Of a DNA stretch of 64,000 bases, positions 39,760 through 52,655 are shown one piece after another. The stretch spans positions 18,228,001-18,292,000 of the forward strand of contig OX597823.1 of assembly GCA_951406725.2 (NCBI GenBank), given 5' to 3'. The notes under the pieces are model-generated. The model searched no databases, was not told the origin of the DNA, and worked only from the letters and a program-made list of their open reading frames with translations. How positions within the stretch are numbered: the stretch's first letter is position 1; each line of letters begins with the position of its first letter. The position numbers were made by a program, and so were the translations under genes. This stretch comes from Octopus vulgaris (taxonomy: Eukaryota).

Positions 39760-40225
39760 CCGCGTTCGCAATCCTTTTTTTCGTTCGGCGTTAAGAGCCC
39801 TTCTTATCTTGTTTTTCCTTGTCCTGTCTTTTACTGTTTATAATTTGTAGTGTCGTTACTGTCCTGTTTTTGTTACCATTTTTTACCCCTCTGCGAAAAG
39901 ATCTCAGAATTTTAATTGATTTGCTTTTCGCAGGAAGGAAAGTTTCTTGTCGAAGATACGTCTCGCTTTCACCTTCGAAACGTAGAGTAGATGAAACCAT
40001 AGCGACTGAAGAAGGGGTTTTTTCTTTGTGTTAATTGTCCTGTACTCTATATTTTTTGTTGTTTAAAAAATGTCCAGTTCCTTTGGTTTGTGTCTATGTT
40101 TTCGTTTCTCATTGTGTTCGACGTCTTTTTGGTGTCCTGTACTCATATATGCGTGTATATGTACATGTAGAGGTAGGTACGTACATATATGTTTATATAT
40201 ATGCATATGTTTAATTTATTAATAT
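39760..40225 (+). mobile_element. Unclassified repeat, possibly a Penelope-like terminal repeat (weak hammerhead-like fold 39944-39987)
   Basis: Second copy at 36455-36685; GAAG...CTTC-GAAA-CG-TA-GAG. Confidence 0.4.
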
Positions 40226-40683
40226 ACATACATACATACTTATTGGGCAAAATAAATCTCGTACATGATAGTCAACCAGGCAGAGAACATACACATCAAT
40301 GGTTTGTCCATCTCCCCTGCCTCTAATGTTGAAAACTATAAGTATCTCGGGCTGAGGTGGGTGCTGAATACACTGGGGCTGCGACTAAAGCCAAAATAAC
40401 AAAAGAGACTCCGGGAAATATGGAACTCAAAGTTGTCAGCATTTAACACGACCATATCTCACAATGCTTTTGCAGTACCAGCGATAGCGCCAACATTTGG
40501 GATATTGGACTGGACACTTGACGAGACCCGCAGCCTGAACATAAAAGCTAAAAAGGTACTCACCATCACTGGCAACATCTATATTAACAGTGACACTGAT
40601 AGGATTTAAGTGAGACGAAGTGATGGCGGTAGAGGCATAAGGTAAGTCCAAACAACCTTTGAATGTTGCATTGTATCCCTGTT

Positions 40684-41072
40684 GTGGAGGCGCAATGGCC
40701 CAGTTGTTAGGGCAGCGGACTCGCGGTCATAGGATCGCGGTTTCGATTCCCTGACAGGGCGTTGTGAGTGTTTATTGAGCGAAAACACCTAAAGCTCCAC
40801 GAGGCTCCGGCAGGGATGGTGGTGATCCCTGCTGTACTCTTTCACCACAACTTTCTCTCACTCTTACTTCCTGTTTCTGTTGTACCTGTATTTCAAGGGG
40901 CCGGCCTTGTCACTCTCTGTGTCACGCTGAATATCCCCGAGAACTACGTTAAGGGTACACATGTCTGTGGAGTGCTCAGCCACTTACACGTTAATTTCAC
41001 GAGCAGGCTGTTCCGTTGATTCGGATCAACCGGAACCCTCATCGTCGTAACCGACGGAGTGCTTCCTTCCCC
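40684..41072 (+). mobile_element. SINE family A, full length, nested in the LINE
   Basis: 12-bp TSD TGTATCCCTGTT at 40672-40683 and 41073-41084. Confidence 0.93.
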
Positions 41073-41334
41073 TGTATCCCTGTTAAACAGGACCTGTTAA
41101 ACAATAAAGAAAGAAATGAGTATATTCCATGCATATTCAGAAGTGAGAGCAACAACATCTTCAGAGCTGGAAACTACTGAGGAGGTACTCTGAGAATACA
41201 ACTGTCTCATGCGCCCCAAAGGAGGCTGGACTGGACTACCGAAACAGATGCTTGGTGGAGTATCAGGCACCATACCAGCAAAAAGCAATGCATGGGTACA
41301 TATCCAGTAAGCTAGAGGCTAACTATTGACTATT

Positions 41335-41535
41335 AATTCTACCATGACGGGGAAACTATTGGGCCGGCGGATTTCCAAGATATAGCCCCCTCCCCATATC
41401 ATCACAGATCCTCCTCAATATTTAGCAGTTAGAAAAAGGTAGTCTGGGTCATATGCTTCTTTTGGCTGTCTCTACATGTATACTCGACCGGTGGTCAGAA
41501 ATAAGGTAAAGGATGACTCGTCCGAGAAAATAACA
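41335..41535 (-). pseudogene. Tc1 transposase internal fragment inside the LINE
   Basis: VIFSDESSFTLF...GGSVMIWG; 41469-41535 matches 42489-42555. Confidence 0.8.
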
Positions 41536-42243
41536 ACAGCATTGGCAGGAAAAGTAGCCTCTCCTGGACCTGCGATAGATAGATTACATCTCACCTAGAA
41601 GTATATACCTTCGCTGAACCAGAATAGAAGATAACTACTAAATACCTAATAAACAAGAGGGATAAAGATACCGCCAAGCCTCTATGCTGTGTTAGAAAAT
41701 GTTGGCTATGCTATACCAGAGTGGAAGATATCACCCACGTCATCAGTAGCAGCCCCAAAGTGTCTACGAGATACTACCGGAAGCATGATATAATCGCAAA
41801 GACTATTTACAGCGCCATCCGCAGGAAGGATTGCTCTGATGTATATATATCAAAGGCGTGTCGGAATCAGCATGCATTCACACCTTTGAAAACAAGGAAT
41901 TCTGGTGGAACACTTCAATAAAAACAATTCTGTACAAACATAACAGATCTGATATTGTTCTGTGGACAGGAAGTAAAAGTCATACACAGATGTAGAAGTC
42001 AGGTGCCCAGCGGATGTGAATGGAGCATCAAAGGTCCTGGAAAAAGAGAACATTTATGGTGAATTAATGCGGAATCTAAGGTTCCTGTAACCTTACTATA
42101 AATTCTCATTTGTATTTATCACCTTAGGTACATCAGGGTATGTACAGATTTGCACAAAATTTAGTGGCACAGAGAATATTTGTAAGACAAATGGATGGAT
42201 TGACGGAATGCATGTATGTAAGCATACAAGTTATGTATATATA

Positions 42244-43180
42244 CAAGGGTTGGACAAAATAATGGAAACACATTAAAATTTCAAGCAAATTTATTTTAAT
42301 ATGGAGTGGGACCGCTTTGGTAGTAATTGCAGCTTGAATTCTACGAGGAGCACCAGGTTTTGTAAGCAAATGCTTCAAGGAGAATCTGGATAAACTGGGA
42401 TCTTCAGAAAGAGAAATCGACCGCCTAATAACTATATTATATGGACTCGTATAAAGTTTAAATCGTTTCCAAAGGAATTTTTGTCCAATCTCTACACGTA
42501 TACTCGGTCGGTGGTCAGAAATAAGGTAAAGGATGACTCGTCCGAGAAAATAACATTCTTCCACTGCTCTAGGGACCAATTCTAAATGCTTTGTAACGTT
42601 TGTTCTTGAAAGCAGTGGTTTTCTGATCTCAGCCCTCCTGTGAAATCCAGCTTTCTGCAGCCCCCGGCAAACAGTTTTTGTGGAAACTGGGTTCTCGAGG
42701 TGGTCATTAAGCTCTGCAGTAATTTTGGGAGCTGTACTTCTGTGATCCTTTCTAGCAATTAGCGTAAGATCCAATGGTCCCTATCTGAAAGTTTTGGTTT
42801 TCTTCCAGAGTTTTGTTTCGACAAGGAGGGTTTTCCCCTCTTTCTCAAAGTCTGCCATTATTTTCGAGACAGTACTTCTTGATACACCAAACATTTCGGC
42901 TGTTTTCGTTACGCTAGCGCCTGCCTTACGAGCACTAACAATTTGACCTCTTTGAAAGTCCGATAGATCTGTCATGTTAATGAATTTTAATTACCTTTTT
43001 CTGCTGATATATGAAAAGAAACAGCAATTTTAGCAAAACATATTAAGCAACACTAATAATAAATCAAAAAACCATAAAAATAAACAAGCTTTTGATGGTT
43101 TTATAAATATTTCATAATTATTATGTATGATGCTATGATGCTGTGATGCTAGGTGTTTCCATTATTTTGTCCCATTCCTG
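42244..43180 (-). mobile_element. Internally deleted Tc1 element with TIRs and TA TSD
   Basis: 28-bp TIRs (..GGACAAAATAATGGAAACAC); MTDLSDFQRGQIVSAR..GVSRSTVSK, RKPLLS and IFSDES motifs. Confidence 0.92.
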
Positions 43181-43575
43181 TATGATGTAATTTGGCGTAG
43201 TCGGGTAGATTCACGTTCTTGTCAGAATATAATGAATGACTTCAATTTCAAAATATAATATCAAATATATAGTATTTATTTCATTTAATATATATATATT
43301 ATTGAAAAAAGTGAAATTGCCACGACTACATTAACTATGTAACCAAGCAACAACTAATATAAAACAATATTAACAGAAGTTATATGAATTAATAGCTTCT
43401 TTTCCACGTTCATAATGCATCAATGAAACACTATCTGAGTATGGTTTGAAGGACACTCTGTCTCAGTGGCGTTCATTGCTGTTATGATAACAACAATGTA
43501 TTTTCTTATAAGTTTTAATATTAAGCTTCATGTTAACCTCCATAAATGTTAAAAAAAACAAGCCACCCATAATTG

Positions 43576-43832
43576 GATACAACTCACCCAACAAGAACTC
43601 ACTACTTGAACAAAACTTGATACAACTCACCCAACAAGAACTCACTACTTGAACAAAACTTGATACAACTCGCCCCACAAGAACTCACTACTTGAACAAA
43701 ACTTGATACAACTCACCCAACAAGAACTCACTACTTGAACAAAACTTGATACAACTCACCCCACAAGAACTCACTACTTGAACAAAACTTGATACAACTC
43801 ACCCAACAAAACTCACTACTTGAACAAAACTT
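43576..43832. repeat. 43-bp minisatellite, 6 units
   Basis: GATACAACTCACCCAACAAGAACTCACTACTTGAACAAAACTT at 43576, 43619, 43662, 43705, 43748, 43791. Confidence 0.97.
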
Positions 43833-44039
43833 GACTTAAACAGGATTCGAATAATCCTATCAGGTGGTGCTATTAAGTTAGACATGGCCTGGACCAATCT
43901 TTGGTCGAAACATATCTAAGCTTATCTAAGTTTATAATCTATAATGGCAGTGAATGTGATAAAAATAGAGGACAATTTTAACAAACCTTATAGTTCAATA
44001 ACGAAGAAGTTAGCAATATTTCGATATAATTATATGAAA

Positions 44040-44360
44040 AATTCCCATATTAACATGTTCCCTTGCTATCTTCAATTCGGTTTTTGTATTAATCCCAACC
44101 TATGGCCGTAAGTGTTGGACAATGACCCAAGGAGTACGATCGCCAATACAAGTGACCAAAATGGGGTTCATCAGAAGGAGCTCTGGAGTTACGTAACTCA
44201 ACAGGATTGATGGATCGGATATTAAGGTGTCTCCTCCACGTTGAGCTGCTACTTCTCCTCATTGAGAGGTCACAGCTTCGATAGTGCAGATTTGTGTTTA
44301 GAATGTTGCAGGAAAGAATCGCAAGACTTCTTCAAGTCGAGTCAACCGGTAGGATAACAC
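44040..44360 (+). pseudogene. Old RTE-clade LINE C-terminal remnant
   Basis: LHVELLLLLIERSQLR*..VFRMLQERIAR motif. Confidence 0.65.
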
Positions 44361-44471
44361 TGTGTAACAAGATCTTTGTCCTTGGGCAGCAACTGTTATT
44401 TACTATTTGCTTTTCCCAAGAAAGTACGAAAATTCGTTAATGTTTCCTTTAATCTTTGCTTTTCTTACATT

Positions 44472-44608
44472 CATTCAAAACCCAAAGAATCCCTCTCAAC
44501 ACATGGCTAAGATGCTCCCCTACTACTCCTGCTCATGATCAGAGATGCACATATTGTCAGCCACTAATAGACATGCTCAACTGGTTATGGCCAAGCAAGT
44601 AACAAGTA
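44472..44608 (-). repeat. Fragment of the ~560-bp (TAA)n-flanked element
   Basis: Reverse complement of ~56040-56180. Confidence 0.8.
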
Positions 44609-44926
44609 CATATGTTAACTGGGAATTTTCATATAATTATATCGAAATCTGTGGTCCCGCGTTCCATATTAGTCGCAGCCAGTTTTCCTTTTTTAACTTA
44701 GAGTATGTAAAACTCGGTTGTTTCTCGTTTATTTCTCTTCTGTCAACTTTTGCCTTGAAGAACGACACTGCCCGAAACGTTGGGTTTTCCACTCCTCACA
44801 GCAACTTCACTACTCTTTTTATCGATTTTATTACATAGATATAAGTCTTGCTTACACAGACCAACACCAGACTGTTTATAGAGTCAGTTTGATCATGCAT
44901 TCATCCACATCCACACACACACATAC

Positions 44927-44962
<36 letters not shown>

Positions 44963-45571
44963 ACACACACACAAAGAAAGAGAGAAAAAGAAACAGACAG
45001 ACTCATCGAGTCCAAGTTTGATGCTGTGTTGACTGGATTAAAACAAGACATAAATGTGAGCATTCTATTAAGGCCTGAGCTCACTCTTTGGCTTGTTTGA
45101 ACTCAACACTGCGAACTTATAGTGTGGTAATCATTTTTTGTCATTCGGTAATTATGGATCGGTAATTAAGGATCTCCTTGGCTGCAGCAGTCGTTTCTTG
45201 TTGCCTTCTGCCGATTAACTTATCATATTTTCTATCGGCCTCGGGTTCTCTCAAGCATGCCCTTGAAGCACAAGACATATTTAAACCGTATGTAGTTGAA
45301 CTGATTCACGGGACATCGCTGAACGTTCACACACCGGTAGCCTTGTGTGATACATATCTTGGGATCAACCCTTCTCCGAATCTTTTATTCCTTAGCCACA
45401 GGGACCGTCTTTTGTCTGAACCATAATTGGAGCCCTTGACTGGTACTACCACCCCAGATAAAGGCGGACCTAGGGGTAGTCATGACGTAGGAGAAGTGGC
45501 TACTCTATACTCTCCAGAACTCCAGAGCAGGTGCCTTATCATCATATGCAGTTTAACGTGTTGCCCAAGTC

Positions 45572-45748
45572 ATCTGATTGCGGCCATGCTGGAGCAGCGC
45601 CTTTAGCCGACCAAATCGACCCCAGGACTTATTCTTTGTTAGCCTAGTACTTATTCTATCGGTCTGTTTTGCCGAACCGCTAAGTTACGGGGACGTAAAC
45701 ACACCAGCATCGGTTGTCAAGCAATGTTGAGGGGACAAAAACACACAG
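45572..45748 (-). mobile_element. SINE family B 3' part
   Basis: Homology to family B. Confidence 0.85.
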
Positions 45749-46217
45749 CAGGCGGAGTCGTTTACAGTTTTTAGAATTGCAAGAAGGGGCCTGCCCTTAT
45801 CTCCGGTTTAAGTTATTTTCGCGCACGACATCACAAAATGCGCCTGAATAAACATTGCCGGACAGCAAATAGAGACTCGAACATTGCTTAGAAAATATTC
45901 TTCAGTTTTAACCTCGTATATAGTATGCACTAGGGATTTTGACCTATAAATTTTGGGGGAAAAAAATGAGGATTATACTCGAAGATTTACAGTACTCAAC
46001 AAATGCAGCAGTTACTCTATGAAGGAGTCTCTAACTTGCATACGGAAAGTATTTAACAGTATAAATACCAGCAGCCTGTCAACAGGGATCTTAGTCCACA
46101 CAATATCAAGGTATGATATAATATGTAACAAATGCTATGATTATAAACAGGGCCGATTTTAGCCATTTCTCCGCAGGTTGTTAAGATTTAATATACACAA
46201 TGAATTTAGGGAAATTA

Positions 46218-46400
46218 GTCGCGTGCATCGATGTGTGATGATTAAGGAGCTCACTTTGCAGCCACGTGATTTCAAGGTTCAATCTCACTGCGTGGAACCT
46301 TGGGTAACTGACTTCTACCATTTCCACCTCACCCGTGCGGGGGGAGGGGTGCCGACTAATGCCTTGAGGGTGAATTTGGTTGACGGAAAGTGCGTGGAAG

Positions 46401-46441
<41 letters not shown>

Positions 46442-46720
46442 CGTGCGTGCGTGTTTGTGTGCGTGCGTACGTGTGTGTGTGTGTACATGTGTGTGTGAAT
46501 GTGTGTGAATGTGTGCGCGTGCGTGCCTTTGTGTTTGTCCCCCGGCACCAACCGGTGTTGGTTTGTTTATTTCCCCGTAACTTAGTGGTTCGGCAAAAGA
46601 GACGAATGAGGGAGTACCAGACTTTAAAATAGATACTGGGTATGATTTATTCGACTAAATCCTTCAAGGCGGTGCCCCAGCATGGCCAGAATCCAATGAG
46701 TGAAGCAAGTAAAATATAAA
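46218..46720 (+). mobile_element. Diverged SINE family B
   Basis: Head, internal (TG)n and tail all recognisable. Confidence 0.75.
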
Positions 46721-47023
46721 AAAATATATTATCAAACGTGACTACTGAGGGAGATTTGGCTGCTATCTCTAAAACCTCGAATGATGTGATCAAATGTTTT
46801 CTAATAAACATGTTGTCAAAGTCATATGGGAGATAACCACCAGAGACCGTCGTGGCCTAATGGTTAAGGTGCTTGGTTCTCGATCAAAAGGTCGCGGGTT
46901 CATTTCCTGAATAAGGTACTGCATTTTATTTTGCTCCAACCTACCAAGCTGTATTATGAACCAGCCAAGGTTCCGGTGCAACCCTTGCAGGCCTCACCCT
47001 ACAGGCAATCACTTTCTGGATGC

Positions 47024-47613
47024 ACAAGGCGGCGAGCTGACAGAAACGTTAGCGCGCCGGGCGAAATGCTTAGCGGTATTTCGTCTGCCGCTACGTTCTG
47101 AGATCAAATTCCGCCGAGGTCGACTTTGCCTTTCATCCTTTCGGGGTCGATTAAATAAGTACCAGTTACGCACTGGAGTCGATATAATCGACTTAATCTG
47201 TTTGTCTGTCCTTGCTTGTCCTCTATGTGTTTAGCCCCTTGTGGGTAGTAAAGTAATAGGTATTTCGTCTGTTGTTACGTTGTGAGTTCAAATTCCGCCG
47301 AGGTCGACTTTGCCTTTCATCCTTTCGGGGTCGATAAATTAAGTACCAGTTACGCACTGGGGTCGATGTAATCGACTTAATACCTATGTCTGTCCTAGTT
47401 TGTCCCCTTTATGTTTAGCTCCTTGTGGGTAATAAAGAAATAGGTATTTCGTCTTGTTCAAATTCTGCCGAGGTCGACTTTGCATTTCATCCTTTCGGGG
47501 TCGATAAATTAAATACCAGTTACGCACTGGGATCGATATAATCGACTTAATCCCTTTGTCTGTCCTTGTTTGTCCCCTCTATGTTTAGCCCCTTGTGGGT
47601 AGTAAAGAAATAT
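47024..47613 (+). mobile_element. Trimeric SINE family C within one TSD
   Basis: 184-bp periodicity (47075, 47259, 47443); 16-bp TSD ATCACTTTCTGGATGC at 47008-47023 and 47614-47629. Confidence 0.92.
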
Positions 47614-47845
47614 ATCACTTTCTGGATGCTCCGCTGAGTCGAATGTGAGATGACCGAGATTCTAACTATGCTCACGGAATACCTAGCCATATTCGCCCGT
47701 GCGTAACGGCAGGCTGTACCATACGAAAGCATCTTGACTAAGGACACAAAAGAATGGAATAAACAGAATACGAACCATCAAACCTGCGGTTTGTCAACCT
47801 TCTTTATCTCATACTCGGTGTCAGCCGCTCGATACAATTCAACAT

Positions 47846-48205
47846 CTATTTCTTTACTACCCACAAGGTGGCTAAACACAGAGAGGACAAACAAGGACAG
47901 ACAAACGGATTAAGTCGATTATAATAATAATAATAATAATAATAATAATTGTGTACAGTGCTCAGGTGCACTACAACTCATCTAAAGTGTATATATAATC
48001 AGGTGTAGTTTCGGCGGATTTCGGAAAGCATGAGGGCCTTAAAAGATGCAGTATCGACCCCAGTGCGTAACTGGTACTTATTTGATCGACCCGGAAAGGA
48101 TGAAAGGCAAAGTCGACCTCGGCGGAATTTGAACTCAGAGCGTAACGGCAGACGAAATACCGCTACGCATTTCGCCCGGCGTGCTAACGATTCTGCCAGC
48201 TCATC
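47846..48205 (-). mobile_element. SINE family C carrying a nested ~130-bp LINE 3' end (47922-48051, (ATT)n tail)
   Basis: SINE split at GATTA|TATCGAC; insert encodes ..TASFKALMLSEIRRNYT* then UTR and ATT repeats on the minus strand. Confidence 0.8.
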
Positions 48206-48556
48206 GCTAGCTTGAATGTAAAGAAAGCGCATGGTTAAAGGGAGATAACTCAAAAATATTTTTTTTTTAGTTTCATGATATTTTTAGTTTTTACAGTTTA
48301 ATACTATTTAGTAAAGATTTAGTAACACCTCCCTCTCTCTCCCTCTCTCCCTCTTTCACTCCCTCTCTCTTCCTCTCTCCCTCTTTCACTCCCTCTCTCT
48401 CCCTCTCTCTCCCTCTCTCCCTCTTTCTCATTTTCTTTCTCCTTCTCTTTTACACTCTCCCTATATTTCCTGATTCTTTTATTCTCTACCCACTTGCTCT
48501 CTCCTCGTATTTCACCATCTGGTAATACTAATAATAGTAGTAGCAGCATTAGCAGC

Positions 48557-48627
<71 letters not shown>

Positions 48628-48732
48628 CAATATTGTGACATTCCGGACAACTCCTTCAACAGCGATACATACAAGCGTACATGTATAGACACATACCTAT
48701 ACAGTCATATACATACACACACACACACACAC

Positions 48733-48738
48733 AGATGT

Positions 48739-48785
<47 letters not shown>

Positions 48786-48801
48786 GTGGTGATGATGGTG
48801 G

Positions 48802-48861
<60 letters not shown>

Positions 48862-48862
48862 C

Positions 48863-48897
<35 letters not shown>

Positions 48898-49035
48898 CGA
48901 TGACGATGATGATGACGATGACGATGACGATTATGATGATGACGATGATGATGAAATTGATGATGATGATGATGACGATGACGATGAAGATGATGATGAT
49001 GATGATGATGATTATGATGATGATGATGATGAAAT

Positions 49036-49078
<43 letters not shown>
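48733..49078. repeat. (GAT)n trinucleotide microsatellite
   Basis: Directly visible. Confidence 0.97.
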
Positions 49079-49190
49079 ATAAATGGCACAGAGGGATGAT
49101 AAAGAAATTTGAAGAAATCCCAAGATAATTCGCAACGAACTCACACAATCTCAACCTCTGTACAGTTGCCGACCAGTTATCATCATATAT

Positions 49191-49191
<1 letters not shown>

Positions 49192-49251
<60 letters not shown>

Positions 49252-49895
49252 ATGTATGCATGCATGCATGTATGTATGTATGTATTATGTACGTATGTAT
49301 GTATGTATCTATGTATGTATGTATGTATGAATGCATGTATATATGTGTGTATGTATGTATGTATGTATGTATGTATTATGTATGTATGTATGTATCTATG
49401 TATTTATGTATGTATGTATGTATGCATGTATGTATGTATGTATGTATGTATGTATGTGTGTATGTATGTATGTATGTATGTATGTATGTATGTATGTATG
49501 TATGTATGTATGCATCTATGTATGTATGTATGTATGTATGCATGTATGTATGTATGTACGTATGTATGTATGTATGCATGCATGCATGCATGTATGTATG
49601 TATGTATGTATGTATGTATGTATGTATGTGTGTATGTGTGTATGTATGTATGTATGTATGTGTGTATGTTTGTATGTATGTATGTATGTATGTGTGTGTG
49701 TATATATGTGGATATACGTATGAATAAACGGATGGATGGATAGATGGATGGCATATACAGGCATCCCTTGCGTGGCGAAACTCCATATTATGTCAAGATT
49801 TTCAGGAATTCAATACTCCCATAATTCGGATTCGGGGTCAGTCTGTATGCGCATACATACATGAATACGTACATATATATAGACATATCTATAAA

Positions 49896-49944
<49 letters not shown>

Positions 49945-50077
49945 TTATTTAAATGTATATACCTACACACATACATATATATATAACATACATATATATA
50001 CATACACATATATATATAAATGTATATAGCCACACACATACATAAATGCGTGTATATGTATATATATATATATATAT

Positions 50078-50127
<50 letters not shown>

Positions 50128-50239
50128 ATACATACATATATATACGTATATATACATAGATATATCTATATATACATACGTACATATATACACACATACA
50201 TATATGTATATACACACACATACACATACGCGTGTGTGC

Positions 50240-50292
<53 letters not shown>

Positions 50293-50420
50293 TACTTGTA
50301 TAAATATATATAAATATATACACACACGCAAACACACATACAAACACATTCATGTATATGCACGTATGTCTGTGTCCACATGTATGTGCGTGTGTACGTC
50401 TACACATAAATACACATTCA
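49192..50420. repeat. Compound (TCTG)n/(TATG)n/(TA)n/(CA)n microsatellite field
   Basis: Directly visible. Confidence 0.95.
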
Positions 50421-50646
50421 TAAATTATATCTTTTTTCTGCACTTAGTGACAGCCATTTCCCCCATCAGCCCTGTAACAGTTGCCAGTATCCTCAGTCTT
50501 CAGTTATACAGAAGCAGACTAGATTAAGAAAATACTGGTTGATCTGGGATCAAAGGCGTTCCTAATGTGACCATCCTATGTCATTCGTCAGTAGGTTCAC
50601 TGCTTGTAGTAAAATATTCCAATTTCCACACAATGGGACTTACATA

Positions 50647-50910
50647 TTTCGTTCTTGGATTTGGTTTTCAAGATTCTTTATGTGAGTTCGTGTGTTGAAG
50701 CATATTCTGTTGAGTCTGGGGAGAGTCATTCTCTTTTAGTGCCTTATAATTTAACACACTCACCGGTAAAATTTCCACTTATTTCTTATTTTTATTTTCT
50801 AAAATTTTCGTTGCGTCTTGCAACCTTTTCAATAGTTTTGACTCTTGAGAGTCAACACATTTTACCGGTGAAGCACTAAAAGAGAATGACTCTCCCCAGA
50901 CACAACAGAA
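50647..50910 (-). mobile_element. Short fold-back Penelope-like insertion with TSD and hammerhead-like fold
   Basis: 12-bp TSD GGGACTTACATA at 50635-50646 and 50911-50922; inverted arms 50705-50742/50873-50910; fold 50799-50835. Confidence 0.7.
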
Positions 50911-51509
50911 GGGACTTACATAGTTAATTACTTTGTGGCGAACCAATGAGGAAGCCTCTGTGTGATCTCTTGACCTACTAGAAATAGCAGCTAAATCTCT
51001 CTCAAATCATACTTCACTGTTCTTAGATCAGTGATAGAGAATACATTGGATAATGCAGTTGTGTCTCAAAAGAATATTTAAAAAAGGACGAGGTGGTCGC
51101 GGATGGGTATCTTTGATCATAGGTATACTCGACCTATCTGATAGCAATTGCAACAACGACGGCGACAACAGCAGCAGTAACAGCCGTTCAAGAATTTGGA
51201 CCTGGAGATCTCCATTTCCGGCAACTTCGAGGTCCACCTCCCAGTGGTGTCGGGCGTCAACGAAGAGCCCTCGACTACAACAAGACGACCAAAGTTTTTT
51301 TTTTCCCAAGGTCTGGGGTCTCTGGCCCCTAAGCCCTAGACCATCACCTAATCACCCTTACCCGTCTTGTTGCGGTTTGGTTTCCCAACGGAAAGAAGTA
51401 CACCACACCCAGGTAACCTACAGCACTTCTAAACTTAGCCCAAGTATTTTCACTGACTGACCGTTGTACGGGCCACAGGTCGGATTAGCCAGAGATAATT
51501 CGAGCTAAT

Positions 51510-51902
51510 CTTTTCTACTAGAGGCACAAGGCCCGAAATTTGGGGGGAGGGGGCCAGTCGATTAGATCGACCCCAGTACGCTACTTATACTTAATTTATC
51601 GAACCCGAAAGGATGAAAAGTCGACCTTGGCGGAATCTGAACTCAGAATGTAAAGACAGACGAAATACCTATTTCTTTACTACCCACTAGGGGTTAAACA
51701 CAGAGGGGACAAACAAGGACAGACAAACGGATTAAGTCGATTACATCGACCCCAGTGGGTAACTGGTACTTAATTTATCGACCCCGAAAGGATGAAAGGC
51801 AAAATCGACCTCGGCGGAATTTGAACTCAGAACGTAACGGTAGACGAAATACGACTACGCATTTCGCCCGGCGTGCTAACGTTTCTGCCAGCTCACCGTC
51901 TT
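51510..51902 (-). mobile_element. Dimeric SINE family C with two different tails within one TSD
   Basis: TSD AGATAATTC[G/A]AGCTAAT at 51493-51509 and 51903-51919; same internal junction as the 47024 trimer. Confidence 0.88.
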
Positions 51903-52105
51903 AGATAATTCAAGCTAATGTGAACGTCTCTACGTTGTCGTTCGATCTTCTAGAAAGTAGCGGCTAAATTCCCCGAAACCACATTTCACCATCAAAAAGA
52001 AAAAAAAGGACAGATTACATGGTTTGGTCCTACTTATACAATCTAAAATTCCTTTTGATCATGTCTACTCAATCAGGACAGATCTGAAGCAAAACAACAA
52101 CAGCT

Positions 52106-52655
52106 ACTGAAATTAAGTACCTTGTAGACTGAAATTAAGTACCTTGTAGACTGAAGTTAAGTACCTTGTAGACTGAAATAAAGTACCTTGTTGACTGAAA
52201 TTAAGTATCTTGTAGACTGAAATTAAGTACCTTGTAGACTGAAATTAAGTACCTTGTAGACTGAAATGAAGTACCCTGCAAACTGAAATGAAGTACCCTG
52301 TAGACTGAAATTAAATACCTTGTAGACTGAAATGAAGTACCCTGCAAACTGAAATGAAGTACCCTGTAGACTGAAATTAAATACCTTGTAGACTGAAATT
52401 AAGTACCCTGCAAACTGAAATGAAGTACCTTGTAGGCTGAAATGAAGTACCCTGTAGACTGAAATTAAATACCTTGTAGACTAAAATTAAATACCTTGTA
52501 GACTGAAATTAAGTATCTTGTAGACTGAAATTAAGTACCCTGCAAACTGAAATGAAGTACCTTGTAGGCTGAAATGAAGTACCCTGTAGACTGAAATTAG
52601 GTACCTTGTAAACTGAAATTAAGTGCCTTGTAGACTGAAATGAAGTACCATTGCA
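52106..52655. repeat. 22-bp minisatellite, ~25 units
   Basis: Consensus ACTGAAATTAAGTACCTTGTAG, exact 22-bp phase from 52106 to 52634. Confidence 0.97.

Larger units (their letters stand above)
40240..42140 (+). pseudogene. Degraded R4/Dong-clade LINE (RT C-terminus, zinc knuckle, REL endonuclease), interrupted twice
   Basis: YKYLG, HNAFAVP, RRSDGGRGI, CWLC..EDITHVISS..RKHDII and VEVRCPAD motifs with stops/frameshifts; starts after CATA repeats. Confidence 0.8.

Noticed and set aside
43576-43832. CRISPR-like regular array
   Set aside because: Head-to-tail repeats without unique spacers; no cas genes; eukaryotic context
52106-52655. CRISPR-like regular array
   Set aside because: Contiguous 22-bp tandem repeat, no spacers
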